DNA from: Methanobacteriota archaeon
GTDB lineage: Archaea; Thermoplasmatota; Poseidoniia; Poseidoniales; Thalassarchaeaceae
Length of the DNA stretch: 64,000 nt
Reading direction: 5' to 3'
Assembly: GCA_016845365.1 (NCBI GenBank)
Contig: JAERST010000001.1
Span: 79,666-143,665 of the forward strand
Shown: piece after piece, positions 31,903 to 40,820 of the stretch
Layout: each line of letters starts with the position of its first letter
Position numbering within the stretch: the stretch's first letter is position 1
Position numbers and translations under genes: made by a program
The notes under the pieces: generated by a model
Database searches by the model: none
The model's input: the letters and a program-made list of their open reading frames with translations, nothing else
What the model was told of the DNA's origin: nothing

Positions 31903-32718
31903 ATGGCAATCGCGAGCCGCGCCAAGAAGGTCACAACCCACACCCTTCAGGAAATGAAGGAGGCGGGCGAGAAGATCACCATGCTGACCTCGTACGACTA
32001 CTCGCTAGCCCGCCTAGTCGACGCCGCCGGCATCGATGTAATCCTCGTCGGCGACTCAGCATCAAACGTCATGGCGGGCAATGAAACCACAGTCCCAATC
32101 ACCCTCGACCACATGATTTACCACGCTCAGTGCGTCGTCAACGGAGTCGACCGAGCCCTAGTCGTAGTCGACATGCCATTCGGCAGTTACCAAGGCGATT
32201 CCAAGACGGCGCTAGACTCAGCAATCCGCATCATGAAGGAATCCGGCGGCCACGCCGTCAAACTCGAAGGAGGCGCAGAAGTCGCAGAATCCATCGAACG
32301 AATAGTCAGCGCAGGCATCCCAGTCCAAGGTCACCTCGGACTCACACCCCAATCAATCTACAAGTTCGGCACCTACACAGTCCGTGCCAAGGAGGAGGCG
32401 GAAGCCGCTAAACTCCTCGAGGACGCGAAGGCGATTGAGGCCGCAGGATGCTTCTCAATCGTCTTCGAAAAAATTCCCGCCAACCTCGCAGCCGAGGTCA
32501 GCGCTCAGCTAAATATCCCCACAATCGGCATAGGAGCTGGCCCGGATTGTGACGGACAGGTTTTGGTTTTGCACGATATGTTAGGCATCACTAAGGATTT
32601 CAGTCCACGATTCCTTCGTCGATACGCAGATCTCGGTGAGTCAATCGACGGCGCAGTCAAGCAATACATCGCAGACGTTCGCAGCAAAGATTTCCCAAGC
32701 GCGGATGAGTCCTATTGA
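31903..32718 (+). CDS. panB: 3-methyl-2-oxobutanoate hydroxymethyltransferase
   Basis: [33 protein letters not shown]...[10 protein letters not shown]...VKLEGG. Confidence 0.9.
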   Translation: MAIASRAKKVTTHTLQEMKEAGEKITMLTSYDYSLARLVDAAGIDVILVGDSASNVMAGNETTVPITLDHMIYHAQCVVNGVDRALVVVDMPFGSYQGDSKTALDSAIRIMKESGGHAVKLEGGAEVAESIERIVSAGIPVQGHLGLTPQSIYKFGTYTVRAKEEAEAAKLLEDAKAIEAAGCFSIVFEKIPANLAAEVSAQLNIPTIGIGAGPDCDGQVLVLHDMLGITKDFSPRFLRRYADLGESIDGAVKQYIADVRSKDFPSADESY

Positions 32719-32781
32719 AGCCCGCTCGCGCGTCGTAGGCAACCTTCAAGGACACTCGATTCCCGATGCTGAGGGACGACC

Positions 32782-33738
32782 ATGAGCGAGATGTGGGTTG
32801 AGCGACATCGCCCGCGGACAGTGGCCGACATCAAAGGTCAGAGAGCGGTGGTCGACCGGCTCAAGGCATACGCTGAGAAACGCACCTTTCCTCACCTTCT
32901 ATTCGCTGGACCTCCTGGTACTGGAAAGACGACTGCAGCGCTTGCACTCACTCGCGATGTCTTCGGTGAAAGTTACCGAATGAACCTCTTGGAAATGAAC
33001 GCGAGTGACGAGCGCAAGCTCGAATCGATTCGAACCAAAGTCAAGGGATTCGCCAAGACGGCCCCGGTTCCGGGGACGTCTTTCAAAGTGATTTTTCTCG
33101 ACGAAGCCGACGCCTTGACACCGGACGCCCAAGGCGCGCTTCGTCGAATAATGGAGCAACATTCGCAGACTTGCCGATTCATTCTCTCTTGCAATTATTC
33201 ATCGAAAATCATCGAAGCGATTCAATCACGCTGCGCGGTTTTCAGATTTCGCCCACTTGCCGAAGACCAAGTGGGCGAGATGATTAGCAGCGTGGCGGCC
33301 GCCGAAGATATCACGCTCGAACAAGAGGCGGCCGATGCAATCGTCCACGTTAGCCTCGGCGACCTACGCAAAGCCATCACCGCTTTGCAGGTCGCCGCCT
33401 CGCTGTCGTCAACGGTAACTCGCGACCTCATCTACGAGACGACAGCGACCGCCCCGCCAGAGGAACTTCACGGCTACTTGCTCGCCTGCCGAGAAGATGG
33501 ATTCCAACCGGCTCGGCGCAGGCTCAAGGGCCTTCTCGACAAGTATGGATTGGCGGGCACGGATATGGTCAACCAACTTCATCGAGGGCTCGGTGATGTC
33601 ACATTCCTCGATGAAAAGCAAAAACTCGCCGTCACCGAAGCGATGGCCGAGACAGACTTCCGCATGGTCGAAGGTGGCGGCGAAGCCCTGCAACTCGATG
33701 CAATGACAGCAACGATTTGCTCACTTCTCAGAAATTGA
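32782..33738 (+). CDS. rfcS: replication factor C small subunit
   Basis: WVERHRPRTVADIKGQ, Walker A FAGPPGTGKTT, DEAD box IFLDEADALT, SRC motif QSRCAVFRF. Confidence 0.9.
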   Translation: MSEMWVERHRPRTVADIKGQRAVVDRLKAYAEKRTFPHLLFAGPPGTGKTTAALALTRDVFGESYRMNLLEMNASDERKLESIRTKVKGFAKTAPVPGTSFKVIFLDEADALTPDAQGALRRIMEQHSQTCRFILSCNYSSKIIEAIQSRCAVFRFRPLAEDQVGEMISSVAAAEDITLEQEAADAIVHVSLGDLRKAITALQVAASLSSTVTRDLIYETTATAPPEELHGYLLACREDGFQPARRRLKGLLDKYGLAGTDMVNQLHRGLGDVTFLDEKQKLAVTEAMAETDFRMVEGGGEALQLDAMTATICSLLRN

Positions 33739-33786
33739 GCCTCGACCGCCAATCCGATCCCCCGACCGCTAAATCAGCCGGTCGCA

Positions 33787-34671
33787 TCAAGAGGTCGCAA
33801 CTTGAACGATGACAATCGTGTAAGTCCGCTCCCAGACATTCTCTTCCCAAGGATCGCCAACCTCGGACAATCGAATCTTGATTTGGTGCTCACCCGGACC
33901 CATCGTACCGAGGTCCCAAGCCAGCCCGATGTCCAAATCATGTGTCGCAACCAGAGAATTTCCACTCTTAGAAACACGTTCCCAAGCCTCGACAGAATCG
34001 AACGCAGCCCGATCATCAACCAAATTAGAAGCCGTATCATTAGCCAATTCGTCGACCATGGCCCCATGATACCAATGACTCACAACTACCGTCGCAACCT
34101 CTGCATCGACATTGTCACGAATAGCCATCCCCAGAGTTACATCAACCGTATTCTGGTCCAATTTGATGGTGTAAGTTCCACCATTCCAAGTGGTATCCAC
34201 AACACCCTCGGTCTCGGCGATGTCAATCCCACCCGCCAGCGTCGGCGGAGCAATATCAGCGAGCGGCGGGTTCACCAAAAGGAAAGAGATCGCGAGCCAA
34301 GTGAAGACGTAGAGAAAACTGGCTCGAAACCAATTACCTTTGTCATAACGGTCCGACCATTTGTTCGGAATAACCGCCCGGTGAAGCGTAGGTAGAATGA
34401 CCACGAGGGAGAGCGGGAGGACCCAGAGAATCTTCTCGGGTTGCGTCAAAGTTGGCATGAAAACATAGCGCATCAATAGCCCAATCGACAGTCCCAAAAT
34501 GATGACTAACCACATCGAAAAGGCGTCGGCCTTCTCCTTCTCAAATGCCTCAACGGGGTCGAAAGGCTCGATTTTTCGGCTCTTTTTATCCTCCGCCTTG
34601 TCAGCCTGACCCTTCGGTCTCTTCTTGCCTGAATAGGCGCTTGCGCGCAGGGCGGAGTCGACGTCGACCAC
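33787..34671 (-). CDS. membrane-anchored protein with an extracytoplasmic C-terminal domain, unknown function
   Basis: Lys-rich N-terminus, 3-4 TM helices, then a soluble domain of about 150 aa. Confidence 0.45.
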   Translation of the reverse strand: MVDVDSALRASAYSGKKRPKGQADKAEDKKSRKIEPFDPVEAFEKEKADAFSMWLVIILGLSIGLLMRYVFMPTLTQPEKILWVLPLSLVVILPTLHRAVIPNKWSDRYDKGNWFRASFLYVFTWLAISFLLVNPPLADIAPPTLAGGIDIAETEGVVDTTWNGGTYTIKLDQNTVDVTLGMAIRDNVDAEVATVVVSHWYHGAMVDELANDTASNLVDDRAAFDSVEAWERVSKSGNSLVATHDLDIGLAWDLGTMGPGEHQIKIRLSEVGDPWEENVWERTYTIVIVQVATS

Positions 34672-34776
34672 GCCACGGCGACGTGCCGGTGTTCATCAAG
34701 GGTATGGGCGGGGTCGAGTCGCGGAATCCTTTGGATTCCGAGAAATGGTTATGCGATTCGGGGGGTTGGTTCGGCT

Positions 34777-36027
34777 GTGGAGAAGCGAAGTTCCCTGTTC
34801 TCGCCTGTACTGATTACGGGTTGTGTGATACTTCTGATCGGCTTTGCCATCCGCGCTTCCTTCGGAGTTTTCCAGATTCCGATTCAGGATGATTACGGCT
34901 GGGCGCGGACAGAGTTCAGTCTTGCGATTGCGATTCAGAATCTTGCTTGGGGCTTCGGAGCGCCGTTTTTTGGAGCGATGGCCGAGAAGATGGGAGACCG
35001 CAAGGCGATAATTCTCGGCGCGATTTTGTATTCGCTCGGACTGGTTTTGTCGACTGGCGCGACCAGTGCTTGGCAGATTCAAGCGCTTGAGGTGATGGTC
35101 GGATTCGGAATCGCTGGAACTGGTTTTGGGGTGATTTTGGCGATTGTTGGGCGAGCGAGTGCTCCCGAGCACCGCTCGATGAGTATGGCGATTGCCACCG
35201 CGGCCGGCTCGGCGGGTCAAGTCGTCGGGCCGATAGCCGCGGTTTGGTTGCTCGAAATTATGGTCTGGCAATCGGTATTCTTGGTCTTCGCCGCATCGAT
35301 TCTCGCAGTCCTACTGATGTTACCATTCCTGCGAGCACCCGACGTCGCTGGCAAGGAAGACCTCGAAGAGAGCCTTTCAGACGTCCTCAAGTTGGCTTTC
35401 AAGGACCCATCTTACTCGATGATATTCGTCGGCTTCTTCTCGTGCGGTTACCAACTCGCATTCATCACCGCACACTTCCCCGCTCTTGTCACCGAGATGA
35501 GCGCACCGATAGACCCGCTCAGTTGGTGCGGCGACCTCGGCATCGAATCCACCGCAGTGCTCGGTGGATTCGCAATTTCAGTAATCGGATTAGCAAATAT
35601 TCTCGGAACATTAGCATCTGGCTGGGCCGGTAAAAGGTACAGCCGCAAATGGTTGCTTTCAGGCATTTATGCAGGCCGCGCTATCGCCGCGGCCTGGTTC
35701 ATCATGACCCCAATCACCGCCAATACGATCCTCGTCTTCTCATTCGCGATGGGCTTCCTGTGGCTGGCGACCGTGCCGCTCACCAGCGGTCTCATCGCCC
35801 ACATCTACGGCTTGCGTTACATGGCGACGCTGTACGGAATCGTGTTCTTTTCGCACCAGATGGGCAGCTTCGTGGGGGTCTACCTCGGGGGTGTGCTCTA
35901 CGACATGACCGGGAGTTACACGACGGTTTGGTGGCTCGGTATCGCAGTGGGGGTTTTCTCCGCGCTGGTGCACATTCCGATCCGCGAGGAGTCCAGATTC
36001 TCAGTTCCTCAAGTAGCTCCAGCTTGA
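34777..36027 (+). CDS. MFS transporter
   Basis: 416 aa with 12 predicted helices and the typical MFS loop GAMAEKMGDRKAI. Confidence 0.75.
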   Translation: MEKRSSLFSPVLITGCVILLIGFAIRASFGVFQIPIQDDYGWARTEFSLAIAIQNLAWGFGAPFFGAMAEKMGDRKAIILGAILYSLGLVLSTGATSAWQIQALEVMVGFGIAGTGFGVILAIVGRASAPEHRSMSMAIATAAGSAGQVVGPIAAVWLLEIMVWQSVFLVFAASILAVLLMLPFLRAPDVAGKEDLEESLSDVLKLAFKDPSYSMIFVGFFSCGYQLAFITAHFPALVTEMSAPIDPLSWCGDLGIESTAVLGGFAISVIGLANILGTLASGWAGKRYSRKWLLSGIYAGRAIAAAWFIMTPITANTILVFSFAMGFLWLATVPLTSGLIAHIYGLRYMATLYGIVFFSHQMGSFVGVYLGGVLYDMTGSYTTVWWLGIAVGVFSALVHIPIREESRFSVPQVAPA

Positions 36028-36111
36028 CCCGCTCCCGCTACGCATCTCACCTCTCAAATTGCCCTTGCTCGACTGCAACGCTCAAATGGGGGTCGTCGGT
36101 GGCGCGGCATA

Positions 36112-36260
36112 GCCGGGGTGGCGTAGTTGGTAGCGCGTCGGACTCATAGGGTACAGTTGACGGGATTTTTCCTGTCGACGCGATCGATGAGCGCACAAGC
36201 CTAGCCGAGAATGTCTGAGACATCCGAAGGTCGCGGGTTCGAGTCCCGCTCCCGGCACCA
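36112..36260 (+). tRNA. tRNA with CAT anticodon (elongator Met or Ile2) carrying a 73-nt intron at 37/38; CCA encoded
   Basis: Manual fold: acceptor GCCGGGG/TCCCGGC, D-arm GCGT-AGTTGGTA-GCGC, anticodon stem TCGGA/TCCGA, loop CTCATA|intron 36149-36221|A, T-arm GCGGG-TTCGAGT-CCCGC, then ACCA. G1:C72 and a non-GGG anticodon stem argue against an initiator. Confidence 0.85.
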
Positions 36261-36307
36261 CACACTCAATCGATTCCAGTGGTGCCGGTCGCGGTTCGGG
36301 CTCTGAC

Positions 36308-36341
36308 GGCGAGTCGGGCTGGCCAAGCCAGCCGACTCGCC
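36308..36341. terminator. long GC hairpin between the tRNA and the convergent gene
   Basis: ggcgagtcgggctgg-ccaag-ccagccgactcgcc (14 bp with one bulge). Confidence 0.4.
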
Positions 36342-36409
36342 TCGCTAATCCTAAGATTCACTTCTTCTATTGATATCGTAATCCTTAGAAGGAGTTTTAG
36401 AAATCTCAA

Positions 36410-37546
36410 TCACTCCACGTTTACTACCGGAATCAGTTGGTAGTAAATCACATATCGATACAAGTAGTCTTCATCCATGTCTATATGGTGATGGCCTGCT
36501 ATTGTGATGATAGTCTCCTCACTTCCCCCTACCATTCCGTGTCCGCAATAATAGTAGTCTCCGTAGGCAAACTTTGTCGTTTGATCGTTATACCAACTGA
36601 AGGTATCCCAGTATCCAGTTCCGGGGCGGAAGCTACTATTTCCAGATCCACCGCTATTCCATCGATATAACGACTCAGAGGCATAACTTCCGCCACCGCC
36701 GTAATTCCTGTATAGACAGGCAAATGCATAGCCCTCAGGTACTGTGATTTCAGCAAGGATTAGATCGCTGGTTCCCGAAGTGTCCTGAAGAAAATTCTCG
36801 TCGCAGACAACTCTAACGTGGTAATCATAGTCAGGCGCCGGATAGTAGTCGTAGGCTGCTTCCTGGAGCATGTTGGCAATAGTTTGGTTATACTGATCGA
36901 CCCAAGCATTCCAGTAGTTACTACTATCCTCCCAGTATGACACTTCAAAACTGCTGTTTGATGATTGGCTCCCAACCAGATAGTAGTCACTACACTGGAT
37001 GTTGAAAATATCAGTTCTCTCAGAGTTTGTAAGATAATCATAATACTCATACTCATAATCAATTGAACTGTTCCTGTAGTCCGGATCGGGCTCCGGTTGA
37101 GGTAGAACATCAGCAACAGTAAATGTGATATCAATCATGTAGATGATGCCACCGGTACTTCCATTGACACCTACAACAGAGCCTCCAAGTGAGTAGTTGG
37201 AGGATGAATAGTCATATTCTTCGTAGTAATTGTGTACCTCACCACCATCTAGGTTTGTGGTATTATTGTAGTGATTACTAGTGATATCTTGGTACGTGCT
37301 ATCATCGATTACGTACGTCGTATTATTGTGATAGTGAATCTCTTGATTCACAGTTACAGTCGTGTTATTGATGAAGTCTTGGAGGTTGTCTTCGATCATC
37401 TGATTCAGCGTATCAGTATCAATTCCAATTCCCCCATCTCCATCGGGGTCGCCGGAAGTACATCCGGCAAGACTGGCGGTCAGCATCAGTAGAACCATGG
37501 GCAGCGCGATTGCTCTCATTGACCGCCGAACCACGGAGGGTGCCAT
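36410..37546 (-). CDS. secreted Asn/Tyr/Asp-rich lipobox protein, unknown function
   Basis: Signal peptide ...LTASLAGC. Many N-x-T/S sequons (NNTT, NYS, NGS, NSS). A+T-rich gene. Confidence 0.55.
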   Translation of the reverse strand: MAPSVVRRSMRAIALPMVLLMLTASLAGCTSGDPDGDGGIGIDTDTLNQMIEDNLQDFINNTTVTVNQEIHYHNNTTYVIDDSTYQDITSNHYNNTTNLDGGEVHNYYEEYDYSSSNYSLGGSVVGVNGSTGGIIYMIDITFTVADVLPQPEPDPDYRNSSIDYEYEYYDYLTNSERTDIFNIQCSDYYLVGSQSSNSSFEVSYWEDSSNYWNAWVDQYNQTIANMLQEAAYDYYPAPDYDYHVRVVCDENFLQDTSGTSDLILAEITVPEGYAFACLYRNYGGGGSYASESLYRWNSGGSGNSSFRPGTGYWDTFSWYNDQTTKFAYGDYYYCGHGMVGGSEETIITIAGHHHIDMDEDYLYRYVIYYQLIPVVNVE

Positions 37547-37567
37547 AAATTTGAGGCCGGCGCAGAT

Positions 37568-37891
37568 TCAATCATTGGCTGCGCTCTCTCGAGCACGCTC
37601 GACTTTCTTCCACGAACCGCCATTGTAGGCTTCTACCCCAGCACTTTGCAACATCTTTGCCGCATTACCAGACCTTCCACCAGTTGCACAGCAGGTGATG
37701 ATGACCTTGTTTTGTTTCTTCAACCCATTAATTTTGGATTGGAAATTTTGCACCGGAATATTCCTCGAGTCCTTGCCATGACCGCGACTATACTCATTTT
37801 GACTTCGAACGTCGATTATTACCGCACCATTCCGAATCAACTCTGCCAAATCGGGACCACCGCCCCCAAGAATCTTGTTTAGAAAACTCAT
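37568..37891 (-). CDS. single-domain rhodanese sulfurtransferase
   Basis: VIIDVRSQNEYSRGH...ITCCATGGRSGNAAKML (active-site Cys loop). Start trimmed to MSFLNKIL. Confidence 0.8.
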   Translation of the reverse strand: MSFLNKILGGGGPDLAELIRNGAVIIDVRSQNEYSRGHGKDSRNIPVQNFQSKINGLKKQNKVIITCCATGGRSGNAAKMLQSAGVEAYNGGSWKKVERARESAAND

Positions 37892-38009
37892 GAAAATCAC
37901 TCCTCTGCTACCTTGCCGCCAAGACCTCAACGGCATGGCTCGGTATTCTGTGTGAGGTTCACCTCGTCCAAAACTATGCCGATTTGACCGAAGGCGTCCC
38001 GGGAAAATG

Positions 38010-38393
38010 TCAATCGTCGTTATCCGAGTGAAGAACGCATTTGTTCCCTTCACTATCGAGAATAATTCCGCGGAAACCATGCTCGCCGATTTGGTGCACC
38101 GGCTCGACGATGAGTCCTCCTAATTCTTCGACCAAACCCATCGCTTCGGCGAGCCGACCATTGCAATTATGGTAGATGAGCGGACCTTTTTGTGTAATCA
38201 AATCCGCATGAGGAATCAAAGTTCCACCGTTGCCATCATGATGGTCGAGAACGGTGAAAGAGAAATTCTCCATCTCGATCACATGACACTCGATATCGAG
38301 CACGCCACCGTAGAATCTGTTCGCGCGCTCGAGGTCAACAACAGGAATATCGACCCAAACAATCCTATTCTTCTCGGAGTTGAAGCCTGGCAT
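38010..38393 (-). CDS. VOC/glyoxalase-family protein, copy 1
   Basis: 127 aa with IVWVDIPVVDLERANRFYGGVL typical of the VOC fold. Differs at 6 of 127 residues from the copy at 41930..42313. Confidence 0.8.
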   Translation of the reverse strand: MPGFNSEKNRIVWVDIPVVDLERANRFYGGVLDIECHVIEMENFSFTVLDHHDGNGGTLIPHADLITQKGPLIYHNCNGRLAEAMGLVEELGGLIVEPVHQIGEHGFRGIILDSEGNKCVLHSDNDD

Positions 38394-38448
38394 GAAGCCG
38401 CCTCAACTCCGTCTTTCAAAGAAGTGCCGACGCACCGGTCAGCCCCAA

Positions 38449-39504
38449 CTATTCTTCTGGTTCGACGTCCTTTGAGTATTGACTGATGAAATCCCAAACG
38501 ATGTAACTAGACTGAACCAAACCTTGGGTTCCGATGAAGACATTTCCGAAGAGGGTCCCATCGTCGAAGTCATTCGCGTAAGGATTGTGCTGGCCAGCAT
38601 AAATTGTCATCAAGCGAACCGAGGTGCCATTATCACAGTCATCAAAACCCTGAATGGAATACAGTCCATTTAACTCGAAAGTCTCCAACGAACCCGAACA
38701 GCCATTGTGACTTCCCCATTCATACATATTCTCAATTGCACCGGTGTCATACGATTCAGGATTTGTCCACATTTCTCGATTAAACGGAACACTTTCCGCA
38801 CTGGTTTCGTAAAGTACGACTTGATCTAGAAATCCGTGAACTTCCATAATCGGAATAGGAGAGTACGAATCCACAGGTTCGGTCAGAAGGTAAAATGCCA
38901 TACATCCGACAGCGGCGAAGATATGGCTCGATTCCATTGCCAATCTCTGCGCCATCGAACAACCATTCGACCAGCCTGATGCGTAGATTCGGTTTTCGTC
39001 AATATTGTGAATTTCAAGTGAGACGTTGACGAGTTGCTCGATGAAGCCGACGTCGTCTACATCGTCGCGAGCCGAGTGTGCGCAACACCAACCCGAGTTC
39101 CAAGCTTGATTTTGCTCAAGATCCCACTCGCCGTTATTCCCCACTGCTCCATCTGGATAAATCACGATTGCACCTTCCTCGTCGGCGATGTCGTCGAAGG
39201 AAGAGAGCCCCATCTGTTCAGAAGAAGTCGAGGCATAGCCGTGCAGGTCGATAATGAGGGGTACGGGTTCGTTTGGGTCAAGATTGTCAGGGATATGTGT
39301 CAGCCAGCACCTTGTCAGATTATCGTGTTCAATGCAGGTGAAATCTCCGTCCTGAAAGTAGGGTAATGGCTCTTCAGGCTCATCATTTGCATCTGAAGAA
39401 TCGCCATCGCCTACAGTACATCCTGCGAGGCTGGTGGTCAGCAGGAGCAGAACCGTGGCTGGGACGAAAGCCTTCACTGGTTGCCCAGCCTCGAAGCAAC
39501 GCAA
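38449..39504 (-). CDS. secreted PHB-depolymerase-family esterase (LpqC-like)
   Basis: Lipobox ...TSLAGC. LIIDLHGYASTS, AIVIYPDG, and nucleophile elbow IYASGWSNGCSMAQRLA. Confidence 0.7.
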   Translation of the reverse strand: MRCFEAGQPVKAFVPATVLLLLTTSLAGCTVGDGDSSDANDEPEEPLPYFQDGDFTCIEHDNLTRCWLTHIPDNLDPNEPVPLIIDLHGYASTSSEQMGLSSFDDIADEEGAIVIYPDGAVGNNGEWDLEQNQAWNSGWCCAHSARDDVDDVGFIEQLVNVSLEIHNIDENRIYASGWSNGCSMAQRLAMESSHIFAAVGCMAFYLLTEPVDSYSPIPIMEVHGFLDQVVLYETSAESVPFNREMWTNPESYDTGAIENMYEWGSHNGCSGSLETFELNGLYSIQGFDDCDNGTSVRLMTIYAGQHNPYANDFDDGTLFGNVFIGTQGLVQSSYIVWDFISQYSKDVEPEE

Positions 39505-39539
39505 TAAATCCTGTCACTGCGCAGTGTTAGCAATCGCCC

Positions 39540-40742
39540 TCAGGCCTCAACCTGCCGCTGAGCACTGCGCTCTGAGAGAACCAACCAGCCCACCGAAGCG
39601 GCAGCTAGCAGCAAACCTGGCGTCATAGCATACTGCACGTATTCCCAACCCCACTCGTGCAGAATCACGCCAGAAGCCAGAGAGGCCGCCGCGACCAAGC
39701 CTGCGACGAGGGTGTCATTCACACCCTGCATCTTCGCTCGTTCCTCTTCGGTATGAGCGGTAGTGAGCAGACTTGTCGAGCCGATGAAAGCGAAATTCCA
39801 ACCGAGGCCGAGCGCAATCAATCCTGCATAAAAGAACTCGAGTTCCACACCGTAAGATGCGATAGCGGCCGAGGCTGCAAGAATCAGCAAACCGCTAGAA
39901 ATTACTTTGACATGGCCGAATCTATTGATGAGAGAGCCGGTGAAGAAACTCGGAGCAAACATCGCTACGATGTGCCATCGAACCACATCAGCAGCCATTG
40001 CCGTGGTGAAGCCATGAGTTGACATTGCGAGACTGGTCGAGGTCATCACTAGAGTCATGGAAGCGTAGGAAATCATCCCGCAGAGCACTGCCACAAATGC
40101 CGTTGGTTGCCTCAGAATTTGCCGCACAGGACGACCGACCTGCACCCCCTTTGGCTTAGGTTCTGAGGTAGGGATATCGAGGAAAAATAGACCGAACGAG
40201 CCGACGACATTGATCACCATGACAGCCAGAAATGCGCCTGCATACTGAGTCGAGCCGATCGCATCGGCCGTTTGGCGGACGATTTCTGGGCCGATGATTG
40301 CACTGACTAATCCTCCTGCTAAAACTAGTGAAATCGCCTTCGGTTTGAACTCTTCAGAAGCCATATCGGCGGCGGCGAATCTGAAGTATCCCGCCGTCGA
40401 TCTGAAGATACCAATGAAGGCGGAACCAATGAGTAGCACCTCGAATCTACCTATGTATAGACCGAGGGCACAGAATCCGCCGCCGAGGAATCCTGCGGCT
40501 GCGCCGAGGAGGAATCCGTTTCGCCTGCCGAATCGCCCCATAAAGAGGGAAATTGGGCTGGCGAAAATCATTGAAGTCAGCAAAGTAACCGAGATTGGGA
40601 GTGTTGCAAGAGCCTTTGCGCCGGCTAGAGCGTAGCCGGCGAGGCCGCCAAGAATCATGTTGATTGAGCCTTGGCTGCCAAGAATCGCTTGAGTGTAGAA
40701 AAGGACCGCAACATTCCGTTTGGCGATGCGCTCATCACTCAT
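39540..40742 (-). CDS. MFS transporter
   Basis: 400 aa with 12 helices and a GRFGRRNGFL loop motif. Confidence 0.75.
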   Translation of the reverse strand: MSDERIAKRNVAVLFYTQAILGSQGSINMILGGLAGYALAGAKALATLPISVTLLTSMIFASPISLFMGRFGRRNGFLLGAAAGFLGGGFCALGLYIGRFEVLLIGSAFIGIFRSTAGYFRFAAADMASEEFKPKAISLVLAGGLVSAIIGPEIVRQTADAIGSTQYAGAFLAVMVINVVGSFGLFFLDIPTSEPKPKGVQVGRPVRQILRQPTAFVAVLCGMISYASMTLVMTSTSLAMSTHGFTTAMAADVVRWHIVAMFAPSFFTGSLINRFGHVKVISSGLLILAASAAIASYGVELEFFYAGLIALGLGWNFAFIGSTSLLTTAHTEEERAKMQGVNDTLVAGLVAAASLASGVILHEWGWEYVQYAMTPGLLLAAASVGWLVLSERSAQRQVEA

Positions 40743-40820
40743 CGAATGGAGAGCGTGCGCCGAACCTCCATCAATGTGCTTCTCAATATCTCCAAATTTC
40801 AGGAGAGCCGGCGGCTCGGG

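Noticed and set aside
36184-36218. C/D-box guide RNA inside the tRNA intron
   Set aside because: Only an imperfect C-box (cGATGAg) and one CTGA are present. There is no C'/D' pair and I found no guide complementarity to the tRNA or an obvious target.
36047-36265. 72-aa minus-strand ORF
   Set aside because: It lies over the intron-containing tRNA gene, and the tRNA fold explains the region.
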